Source: Saccostrea echinata (Eukaryota). Taken from it: DNA of 64,000 nucleotides. Position 1 is the first letter of the stretch, and each line of letters opens with the position of its first letter. The position numbers and the translations under genes are program-made. A model generated the notes under the pieces. The model made no database searches. It saw only the letters and a list, made by a program, of their open reading frames with translations, and was not told where the DNA came from. Shown piece after piece: positions 10,050 through 22,300 of this stretch. The stretch is from assembly GCF_033153115.1 (NCBI RefSeq), contig NW_026889805.1:13640001-13704000 (forward strand), written 5' to 3'.

Positions 10050-13000
10050 ATGGCAGCTATCGCAAAACTTAAGGATATGGGCTGGTAAATAATATATTTG
10101 AATGATCAATTTGATTAGTTTTTACTGGAACCATAAAAGGTAAAATTTATGCTTTGAAAATTAAAATACCATTATTAATTTTTAAAGTCTGTGAAAATTC
10201 AAGTAATTTTTTTTCTTTTCTTTTGTGGAGGTACTTGACTACCAGTGGAATTGAAGAATGTAGTGCAGAAAATGAAAATGCTCCTATCAACAAAATAACA
10301 GAAATTGCCAAGGATGTAGGTACACAATGTCATTGTTTTGTAAAATTGCTTATTTAACAGGTTGGGCACACCCCACCAAATGGTCATTTATCCCCCGTTT
10401 GGTGGACAATCTCCCATATCGGAGACGAATTTTACTGACCAAATGGTGGACTTCTTTATTCTATTCCAAATTTTATTAAAATAAAGCAAAAGCGCATTTA
10501 CTTAGGCATTGGGGAATTTTAGTGAACATATTCGTCGCACAATTAGCATAGTTCGGTCGATTTCCCATGTGCAATTTCTCCATAACTTCCTAAAAAACGG
10601 TACCCATAGTTGTCCGTAACAGCCGAACTTCTTGATCACTCGACCAAAAAAATTTGATTGTGTCTAGTAGGATAAAAATTCTATTTTATCCAGTGGTTTA
10701 ACTCTTGATAAGTTAAGTTTCAATTGCTTTTTGGATCTTCGTCAATATTTATTTCCATAAAATCCCGTTAAGCACAAGCTCCTCATTACTTTACTGGTAT
10801 GGTGGGCACTTATTGCTATAAAGTTAAATACTTCTATACTTGAACGTAATATCTGTTGTTATTTTTCTTTTAGGATGAAGTTTCATATTCCATACGACCT
10901 TTTGTGGTTTAATATGAATATTACTGATGAATTTAATATACTTGATAAATAATTTTCAATAAAAGATTTACAAAGTGACTTTTGCAATTATTCTTGTATT
11001 CGTTCGAAGTACATCGTTTTAAAACAATAATTATATCATAATCTAACTTCATTTACTATTTTTATTGAGAACAAAGCTATTGTGTACAAAATAAAACGAA
11101 ATAAAGGCGAAAAATTATTTTTCTTTTGATTTTCTAATTGGAAATTGACACTAATGTGCCTCCGTAGTAAAATCCGACTTTTGACCAGGTTAAAAAAAGA
11201 TCATCGTTTTTATTGGTTTGCATTATTTGATTGGTTGCCCGGATAAACGAAATAGAAAGTAAACAACATGATTGACAGGTGCAGCATCGTTGAAGAAGGA
11301 GGAAATTTTCTTTTTAAGTAAAAACGGAGAAACGTTGCACTTGTTTACATACGTGACATTTTTTGTCAAATTTTTGAACGACTCTGCGCAAAAAATTACA
11401 CGTTGAATTTCCGATTTTTTTCACTCAAAACACCGATAAATATCTATATTTTATTCCACATGGTTTAAAATTATGCGCCATTCCACGCCATTCTATGGAA
11501 TTGAACACAACCATTTTTCTCTCCCAAATGGTCAGTAAAATTCGTCTCCGATATGGGAGATTGTCCACCAAACGGGGGATAAATGACCATTTGGTGGGGT
11601 GTGCCCAACCTGTTTAATAGTTTATTGGGCCATGGATATTGGCCTGGATAGTCCGAAATATCTAACGTTTTCCTGGCTTTTTTACGATTTGATATTTTAC
11701 GTGCCAGGAAAATGTCAGAACCGGCGCCATTACGAAAACTGGAAATTCCGCTCTCTGCCTTTTCGATACTTGCGAACCGAATTAAATGCCGAACTCACAC
11801 TTTATCAATAGCACAATGCTTCTAATACTCACCAATATCAATGAAAAGAAAACATCACTCCACATTTCGATACAGGAATTGCAAGATTTTAAAATGCACA
11901 AAATGAGAACAAATCTCGATTGTCAGATAAAATGTTTTCATCGGATTGTATATTTTATAAACGAACCAAAAAAAAAAACGATGTTGGTGAGTACTAAAAG
12001 TATTGTACTATCGATAAGTTGTGAGTTTGACATTTAATTCGGTTCGCAAGTTTCGAAAATCAACCCCAAAATGCCACCTCTGGTTGGAGGCAGCGAATTC
12101 CCAGTTTTTATAATGGCGCCAGTTCTGATGTTTTCTTGGCACGTAAAATATCAAATCGTAAAAAAGCCTGGATAGCTCAGTAGAGCATATGACCAGTGAT
12201 GCTGGGGTCTTTGGTTTGATTTCCAGTCCAGCTATGCATACATTTTGATTTTCTCCTGGGTGCTGTATTCACCATCCCTGGACTTGCAGGTGAAAGTCCT
12301 GCCAGGGGCAAATAAAAATTGGTTGTGTCTTCAAGTGCAAAGACAATTTAAGGAGGGAGGAGTGTAATGATTTTGGCTGTGGATATTGATCTGGGTAGCT
12401 CAGTTGGTAAAGCATCTGACTAGGGCTGGGTATCGGTTGAAAATTTCATATTGCGATATACATGTATTGCAATATTTTTAACTGTATTGCGATATGTATT
12501 GCAATATTTTTAAAAACAATTAAAATGTTCTTTTCTTATTTCATTAATCTCCATTTATAAGCAGAGTGTATAAAACTTTTATAAATACGTTGTAACAAAA
12601 AAGTTCTTGTTGATTTCACTACAGTTTGGCAATGAAATGCAACCATACAACAGAAACCTTTACGGTAACCATTTATTGGTACTGTTTGGCATGATTGAAA
12701 ACGTTTATGACATCTTTAATTTCATATTTTACTTCATGAATCTAAATCCCAATCATTTTGCCGGTATATCGGTACTGGAAAAACGTATCACAATATGATA
12801 TTGTTTGTTAATGAATCAGCAATATACCGGAATATCGATATTATTGCGCAGCTCTACATCTGACTAGTGAGGTGGGGGCAGTGGGTTCAATTCTCGGTCC
12901 AGACACATACATTTTCTCCTTTCTTGTTGCACATATATACTTTCAATGGCCAGAGATTTGAAAGAATTTTCATATGAAGGGGCGTAGTATGGGAAAAAAA

Positions 13001-13283
13001 TCATAAAAAATATATTAAACTACTATATTAATAAATACTCTGCATCAAGAAAACCTATGTTTAATGTACCATAGAATGAACATTGTGATCATTTCAACAG
13101 TGTCTAAAGGTCATGGCACAAGTGTCACCTGAACTAAAAGTATGCACAAAAGGCTCTTTTAACTTTTCTGATCAAAATTTGTCTGTTGTCATTGTTGTCA
13201 TAAACTTTTTACAATTTCATCTTCTTCTGCAAAACCACTGGGCCAATTTTAACCAAACTTGGCACAGAGTATCCTTGGGTAAA

Positions 13284-13315
<32 letters not shown>

Positions 13316-16300
13316 TCCTCTTTCATGGAGACATAATTAAGAAAAAGTAAAAATTGGGTGGGGTCATTTAAAAATCTTCTAAAGAACCACTGAGCCAGAA
13401 AAGATGAAACTTAAGTGAAAGCTTCCTGACATAGTGTAGAATCAAGTTTATCGAAATCATGACCCCTGGGGGTTGGGTGGGGCCACAATTGGCGAACAAA
13501 GTTTTACGTAGGAAAACATAGAAAAAAATCTTTAAAAATTGTCCTCTCAAGAACAGCAAAGCCATGATCATTCATATTTATATGGAAGCATCCACAGGTA
13601 GTGTAGATTCAATTTTGTTCAAATCATGACCCCTAGGGGTAGGATGGTGTCACGGTGGGTGATCAAAGTTTCATATAGGAATACATAGTTGAAAATCTTA
13701 AAATATAATTTTCCCAGGAACAAGGAAGTCATGATTAGTCATATTTATAAAGAAGCTTCCTCAGATAAGGTAGCTTCAAGTTTGTTCAAATCCAGCGGGG
13801 ATAGGGTGGGGCTACAATTGGTGATCAAGATTTACATGGGAATATATAGGAAAAAGAATATTTTGATGAAAAACAAGAAGCATCATAATTACCCAAGTGA
13901 GTGTTGTGGCCCATGGGCTTCTTGTTTCATTTTTTTTAAGGTGCAATTTTTCTCTCCTATCCTTCTTCCTTTGTCACCTTCTACTGAGTTTTTTCAGATT
14001 CCTAGATTGTTTATCTGCCCATTAAGCAGAACCTATACATTTTACTATCTGCCCATTAAACGGAACCTATACATTTTACTGGCAAGAGTTTTCAGGGTAT
14101 GGAAATTTGAAAAAATGCTTTCTTGAAACACCCATGCCTTTTGTGTTTCTGAGGATCAATAAAATTAGAATAAAGGCAGAGCTCTGTTACTTTATTAACC
14201 TATAGAATACAACTTTCTCTTACAATCCATTCCAAAATGATATCCTCCCATGGGGCTCAGCGCATGGGGTTTGAATCTTCTGTTTTCAGCCATCAAGCAC
14301 TTTTATGTTGTGGCTGTGAAAAGGATATATATTTTTAATTACCTAGGAACAAAGTTGTGGTTGTAAACAAAGTTGAGGGTGTAATGTCCATCTATCTGTT
14401 CATTTTGATGTTTTTCCATACTTATATCTATTTGTGGATGCAAGGAAAACACAATGAGAATTTTTTTGATGTCTGAGTGTTATTACAGTAACTACTTACT
14501 TCTAGATTTGATATCTGAAGTTTCTTCTGTTGAATTAAAGTAAAAACTAGGTACCCTTAAAACTTTACCTGTTTTATAAGGATAAATAATTATACTTAAC
14601 AACAGTACCTAAATGATATGATTTCATGTACCTAGAACTTAGTTCTTATGAGGAGATATACTTAGTAACAAGACTCTTTGTTCTACTGTTTCAGACTGAT
14701 TTGAAGGATATTGGAGAAAGATGGCTCCCAGCTGATGTCAACAGAGGAAAATGTGAATACGTGAGTTAGTCATTTTCTGAACACAAGTTGTGGTATGAAG
14801 CACAGGAAAAAAAAATGTTTGTACAGCAGATGTGAGACATATGTTTATGAAATGTTGAACCACTTTACTTTTTATCAGAGTTTTTAAAATCAGAATGTCA
14901 TCCTTAAGGCCGTTTTATAAGTTGTGGGATACCGAATTTCATGGCAATTTGATCAATCAATAAAAATAGAAATGTATGATATCCATTCACTTAAATTTTT
15001 ATTGGCAGTTGCCTTTAAGTGAATTGAATTTGATGATTTAATTTTTTTTAAAATTAGGTTCAAGGACCAGGGGTTCTTCAAATTCAGAAGATTCGTAATG
15101 TAACAGCTCCAAAAGACAATGAAGAGTCAAACTATGCTCCCCGCATGTTGAAGCTGGTTTTGACTGATGGTCAAGCAACATGCAATGCATTAGAAATGGA
15201 GAAACTAGAACGAATCAGGTATGATATCTTCTTTAGAGAGGATGAAATCAGTTATTATATAACAAAGATTTAACTGTACATATTTTCTGTTGAAGCTTAG
15301 ACACTCCACCTGGTAGCAAGATATGTTTGAAAGGGAAAGTAGAGGTTGAACATGGCTTCTTAAAGCTATATAATCGGAATGTAAACTTCATTGGGGGAAG
15401 GGTAGACAGAATTGCTGATAACTGGGAACTGAAAAAGGTAAGTTTGATGGTAGAAGTACCAATTGAAAATTACAGGTGACTCAAGTTCTCTCAAAGTTCA
15501 AGGGACCTTTAGAAATGTTTGAGAGATAGAGGGGTTTGGGAGATCGATAGGGGAATGAAGTCCAGAATTTTCAGGTCCAATTGTTATGTTTACCACAAGT
15601 ATACGTTGAAAACATTCTGGGACATTTTCATTCGTTTTTAATGGTATTCATTTGATTTCAGCAACAAAGATTGTACTGTAAAGTCACATGTTTTTGTGGT
15701 CTGAGGAAAAAATATGGAATTGTGGGGAATTGATTTTTGGATGAAGAATTGTTGAAAAATAAAATATATGTGAAAAATTACATTTCATTTTGTGGTGGAC
15801 ATGAATTCGTGGGTCTCCTCATACCTTGAAAACAACAAAAATGAAACCTCCATGAAAATTAGTCATTGTACAGTATCTTAAATGGATAAAAAAAATCTTT
15901 TAAGTTTCAATGTTAATTTGTTCTCAATTCATTACTACACTCAGATGGTATTTGGTGCAAAATTAAATTCTGAATAGCATGCCAGATCTCCCCAGGCAGA
16001 GTTGGGGTCTTCACTAGATTGGTTGGTGTTGCTTTTAAGTTCTTGAGATAGGAATTGGGTGCAATGGTTGCCATTCATTCCAGGGATTCCAGGCATTCAC
16101 CATTATCCAGGTAAATCCAACCCGAATTAATCACACGCTTGACTGATTGCTGTGTATGCGCAAAAAACACTTCTTGAGATCAAGAGTTAAAAAACAATGA
16201 AATTTGTGTAATGGGACCCTGGTCTTGGTTCTCGAGATCAGAAGTTGGAGAGATCACAAGTATAGAAAAAAACAGGACCAGGGTTTTACTTCGTAAGATA

Positions 16301-19300
16301 AAGAAGCGAGAGAGATTGGAGTTAAGCCGTCTTGAGTCACCTGTAATTAATACAAGACAGATAAATCAGATATGGTCAGGTTACACTAATGATGAAGTCA
16401 ATTTGTAGATTGAAGTCAAAGTTATATGTACTGGTCAAATGACAAACAGGATTGACCACCAATACTGGGATTAACAAACAATTTTTATGCCCCCATAATC
16501 GAAGATTTGGATGCATATACATGTAATTTTTGGTCTGTCCCTCTGTGTGTTGGTCAAAAACTTTTACCTTGCTTATAAATTCTGAGCATATGGTGCTAGT
16601 GCTTTCATATTTCACATGTGTATTCCTTGTGCCAAGACCTTTCTTTCAGTACAATATTTTTGACCTCTTGTCCTTGGAAGCCCGACATACTTTTGAAAAC
16701 TTTAACCTTAGCCTTAACTTCGAACAATGGAGCTAAGGTTTTCATATTTCACACATGTATTCCTTGTCACAAGACCTTTCTTTTCGTACCATCATTTTTT
16801 ACCTTTTGGCCTTGATTTTGGAGTTTGACATACCTTTGGAAAAACTTAAACCATGGCCATACAGAGGCATTAATGTTTCACAATTATGTCTTGTTTTTTG
16901 TTTTTTTTTTTTTTTTTTTTTTAGAAACTATCAAAGCAGACTCGAGTTTATGTGGGATCTGAGGGAGGTCCACCCCCTTTTATTCCATTTGGACAAAAAC
17001 CAAGAGATAACAAATCAACAACAGTAAAAAAGGGTTTGTATAGAATCTTTGTATTGTTTTATAATTTCCCTTAACGCCCTGAAAAAAAAAGAATTGTTTT
17101 GTATTTAACAACAATCCAATTTCATAGGATTTTAACATGCTCATAATCAAGATGATTTTAATAAACCAAAAAAGCTGAGTTTCATGCTTAGCTAAAATCT
17201 GATAAATTTAGAAACCCAGAACTTCAAATCCCTGGAAGTTTCAACAAAAGAGAAGAAGTCAGAGGATGATGAATTTGAACAGCAAAGAAAAGCTACAATT
17301 GCTGAAGCTCTTCAGGCAAAAGAAGAAGGAAAAGCTATGAACTTTGGAGGTCAAAAACAGGTTAAAACACTTTCTACCAAAGATTTGTACAACTTCTAAG
17401 AAAATCATTGGTAAATGCAAAGGTATCATTTTACATTACAGTTAACCCTCACTATTTCGAAGAAAAAACTTAGAGATGTCTTAGGATTTGAGTCATTGAG
17501 GGTAAAATACTTAATAAATGGATGAGACTTGCAAATCACTTCAACTTATCCATGGTATTTTAAATATCAGTGTTTGAGATAACAAGGTTCAAGTAGTTTT
17601 ACATTTTTACCTCAGGGAGAGTTCATGCTATACCTCTGCTAGACAGCATCCTAAGTTATTGAATCAAGATCATTCTCAACTAACCACAATGTATAAGCCC
17701 TATCTGGACCAAACTTGTTGCATTTAATTTCTGTTTTCTCTATGAGAGACCAAGTTCAAATTTTGGATCAGATCCATTCCCAAGTTACTTCAAGTTGTAC
17801 TTCAAATAAACTAGCATGGCTGATGCATTTAAAGATGCACACTACTAGAATTGCTGTACAAGCTGCATCTGACATGTATTTTCTTGGAAAAAAGCTGTTT
17901 GAAATTTTGGAGTAGGTCCATTCACAAGTAACTACATGCAAGAGCTTTACCTGGACAAAACTTGCATGGATGATGCATCTATGGATGTTTGCTACCAGAA
18001 TTGATGTGGATGCTGCATCTGATATATATTTTCAGGAAGAATTACCAGGTAAAAGATTTTGAGTACCTCCATTGCCTAGTAATTATGAGCAGTATTTGAA
18101 CCAAATTTGCTTAAATGATGCATCTATAGATGAACACTACCAGAATTGCTTTGATGCTTCATCTGAACTATATTTTCTGGATGAGTGACCATGTTAAAAT
18201 TTTGGAGCATGCAGGTCCATTCACAAGTCCTACCTGCACCAAACTTGCAGTATGATGCATTTAGAGATGTTCTTAATTAAAATACTGCAAGTGACAATTT
18301 TTTTCAGCTGTTTAATGAATGTGCTTTAATGTTGATCTTATATGCAACTAATAGATCTTATTATGCATTTGATATGAGACTTCTACACTGATAAATGATT
18401 TGTTGAGATGAGATTTGTAATCTTTGATTATGTTTTGAAATGTCTTACAGATGGGCCAGGACAAGGATGTTGCTCGAATTGTGGAAATGGGATTCACCAC
18501 TCAACAAGCCAACCAAGCATTAAAACAGAGCAATGGAGAATTAGGTCAGGCCATTAATGGATTATTAAGCAATGACAGGAGGTCTGGTGGTGAGTTTGGA
18601 GGAAGAAAGGACAGAGGGGGAGATGTGAAGCGAGACATTCCCAGTAGAGAGGACAGGAGAGAAAGAGGTCAGTCATCAGCTTATTGTACACTGTACTACA
18701 ATAACCGAGTGTGTAAAATATTTGAATATTTTCTCAGAATTCTGGAACAAGCCACGATTAGATTTCCAAGTTACCCAAATTAAATATTATCTACAATGTA
18801 CTATCAGAAATGACAATTACATGTATGATACAGCCTCTCAGCTTTTATTTACCCAAGAAATGGTCATTTAAAATCTACTCAGCCATGAATTGTACATGTT
18901 ATTGTATTTGACGTGATTGTTTATGTGGTGCAAATTCAAATTCAGATTCATAACTTGGACAAACTTTAAGAATAGAGCTGCTTAAAAGCATTAAGCTGTG
19001 AAGTTCACATACAGCATCTCAAAATCAATAGATATATGTATTCCCCATTCCAACACATATTCAAATTTGAAATTTAAGTCTTGGACCTATCTATATTATG
19101 GCCTATTAGTCCTTTCACAATAACTGTGGTACTGCTCTTATGCAGGACAAATTAAATTTGGCGAAGTTTTTGTTGGCCGATAAATTTAATTCAAATGACA
19201 TTTAGTAAACAATTGCTGTTACGTGTTACGCCATATTCACCAAATTACATTGCATATCAATTTACCCTGCAAAAAAAAAAAAAAAGCAGTACCGCAGTTA

Positions 19301-22300
19301 CCGTGAAACAGTCTATATACTTATAAACACTTGGATGTTTTCCTGCTGTACCTGTGCAAGTTTAATTTGTCATTATGCATTGGGAAAGTATTGGTCTCAT
19401 GCGGTGCCAAAAGCATGACTGGTACATGTAGTCTGCATCCAAAGATAGTGTCTAGGCAAAATTAATCCAGGAAGCACTTTTATTCTTGGATATACAAGAT
19501 CTGCTACAAATATCCACCTGATTACTTTTTGCACATCTGCAACCTCAGGACAACTGAACCATAGAGTAATTTAAGCCATTGTGAGGACAGATTTCAAAAG
19601 ACTGGATCAGTCACCAAATTTCCGAAACCTTACTATTTACTACACATACACATATTCCTGACTGAAAATCTCAGAGTTCCAGTGACAACCTTGCTTATTA
19701 AACTTTACCTTTTTAGCTCACCTCAACTAAGTTGGGGGAGCTTATGTAATACCCTCGGCGTCAGTGTCCCAGGTGAAAGTTTTTGGAGCAGTTTTCTTTT
19801 CAAGTACTTCTATGCCCTATATCAATCAGAGATGCATGGAGGATGCTTCTGGTGTGTTTCATTGTACCAGTCAAGGTTTAAGATGCCTCAATTTCAGCAA
19901 AAGAATGACCAGGTTAATGTTTTTGGAGCAGGTTAAGGTTTTTGGTGCAGGTTAAAGTTTTTGGAGCAGGTCTCATTTCAAAGTAACTATAGGCCCTATA
20001 TTGACCAAACTTGCATGGATGATACGTCTAAGGATGCACACTACTGAACGTGCTTCAGATGCTGGATCTGACCTACATTTTTCAGATGAGTGACCAGGTT
20101 AAAGTTTTTGGAGCAGATCTCATTTCCAAGTAACTATAAGCCCAATATTGACCAAACTTGCATGGATGATACACCTAAGGATGCACACTACTGGACTTGC
20201 TTCAGATGCTGGATCTGACCTATATTTTCCAGGTGAGTGACCAGGTTAAAGTTTTTGGAGCAGATCTCATTTCCAAGTAACTATAAGCCCTATATTGACT
20301 AAACTTGCATGGATGATACACCTAAGGGTGCACACCATTGGACTTGCTTCAGATGCTGGATCTGACCTATATTTTCCGGATGCGTGACCAGGTTGAAGTT
20401 TTTGAAGCAGATCTCATTTCCAAGTAATTATAAGCCCTATATTGACCAAACTTGCATGGATGATACATCTAAGGATGCACACTACTGGACATGCTGTGGA
20501 TGCTGAATCTGACCTATATTTTCCGGTTGAGTAACCAGGTTAAAGTTTTTGGAGCAGAACTCATTTCCAAGTAACTATAAGGCCTATCTGAACCAAACTT
20601 GCATGGATGATGCATCAAGGGACGCACACTCTCAAACTTGCTTCAGATGCTAGATTTGACTTGCATTTTCTGGATGAGTGACTAGTTTTAAGTTTTTAGA
20701 TAAGTCCATTCCCAAGCAGCAAGCCATATCAGACCAAAATTGCATAAATGTTGCATCTAGGGATGCACACTCCTAGATTATTAGTTTAGTGTGGGACTTT
20801 GCCTTACTTAAAGACAACATTCATGGAGGAGCTCTGTAATCTCTGATTACCTATGTTTTATTCCCCCTGGGGACCCAGAGAATCTGTACATGTATGATAT
20901 AACCCATCATATTCTAAATATTTTTTTTTTACTTTTACTTTTTTTTGCAGGAGTAGTTATGATAAGAAAAACTGACTAGAAGAAGGACAATAATAACAAC
21001 AATGTACCCAAACTTTTGTTAGAAAGTGTTTGTTGAAATGCATTCATTGTTTGGTGTACGTGTATACACAAGTGTCTTTAATACATTGCAAGGCCATTTA
21101 AGAGTAACATTTTGATTGAGATGTCTCAGTTTCTGTGTTTTATATTTGTATTTATGCTAGGTGGCAGAAATAACAGAAGTCGAGATGACGTAGAAAATGA
21201 GGAGTCCAGACCATCAGGGCCCACAACTCTATTTGATTTCCTAGAAACAAAAATTAAACCTTCAAAGGATGAAAAAGGTAAGGAAAAAAAAAAAAGTTTT
21301 AACATAATATGACATCATAATGTGTACTGGCTTTAACATGTCTTGTGTACGAATGATATGTATATGAACTTTAAACAAATGAATTAAAACTTTGTATGAT
21401 AGATATACCTCTTGTGCATTTTTATTAGCTTATTTGCATAGAAACACCTATATCTAGCCTTAACTTATATATGTGTTAAATTTGTCCCGTATTTTCTGAA
21501 ATGCATCCACAGGATTTTCTGTTAACTATTGTACTTTACAGATACAAAAGGAAAGTCAAGAGGGTCCCAGCCTTTACAAAGCTATGATTATGCTGACAAT
21601 AGATCTAGTGATAATAGGAGTTATAATAATAGGAGAGAACCACAGACAAAATATCAGGATCCTCCCCCCAGATCAGGAAGAAATGACAATAGAGCTAACC
21701 AACGGAGACCAGAATCTAGACAGAGTGATAAATCCAACTGGGAAAATAAACCAAGTTATAATTCAGACAAGCCGTCCCGAAATAATGATCGAGAGAAATC
21801 GTATAATGAGAGTGGTAAAGGACAAGCATTCAGTGTAGAGAGATCTAACAAGTATGAAAATGACCACAGGAGAGACGGAGGGCAACAGAGAACATCAGAC
21901 AGAGGGGGCTTCAATGAAAGAGGAAATAGAAGTGATAGGGGAGGTAACTCAGAACAGAGACCATCAGAGAGAGGGGGCTACAACGAAAGAGGAAATAGAG
22001 AGAATAGAAGTGATAGGGGAGGTAACTTGGAACAGAGACAATCGGACAGAGGGGGCTTCAACAAAAAAGGAAATAGAAGTGATAAGGGAGGTAACTTAGA
22101 ACAGAGACCATCAGATAGAGGGGGCTACAACGAAAGAGGAAACAGAGAGAATAAAAGTGATAGGGGAGGTAACTCAGAGAGATACAGCGATGGTAGACCT
22201 AAAACTGGGTATGAAGACAAACGTCAAGGAAAGCCAAAGGACTACCAACAGAATCGACCTAAATCAGAGATGTCTGGTCGTGATTCAAGACAAGATTCAT

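Larger units (their letters stand above)
11613..12931 (+). mobile_element. Miniature non-autonomous LTR retrotransposon (TRIM-like) with tRNA-derived LTRs; both LTRs are interrupted by nested DNA transposons
   Basis: Two direct repeats (~11613-12257 and 12363-12931) share GGCYRTGGATATTG + tRNA-like head + CATTTTCTCCT. The second starts TGTAA right after the polypurine tract AAGGAGGGAGGAG (12350-12362) and ends GTTGCA. A PBS-like TGGGTGCTGT follows the first LTR. The internal region is ~105 bp with no ORF. Confidence 0.7.

Noticed and set aside
12166-12900. Functional tRNA-Thr genes (also at 8912 and 45144)
   Set aside because: Stems are degenerate, copies are interrupted by insertions and embedded in larger repeats; treated as tRNA-derived parts of a mobile element.
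13113-14126. ORFs of 67-145 aa in TDRD3 intron 2
   Set aside because: They lie in satellite/Helentron-like repeat sequence with no protein-like features; the same applies to ORFs at 16530-17027, 19682-19955 and 40056-40259.
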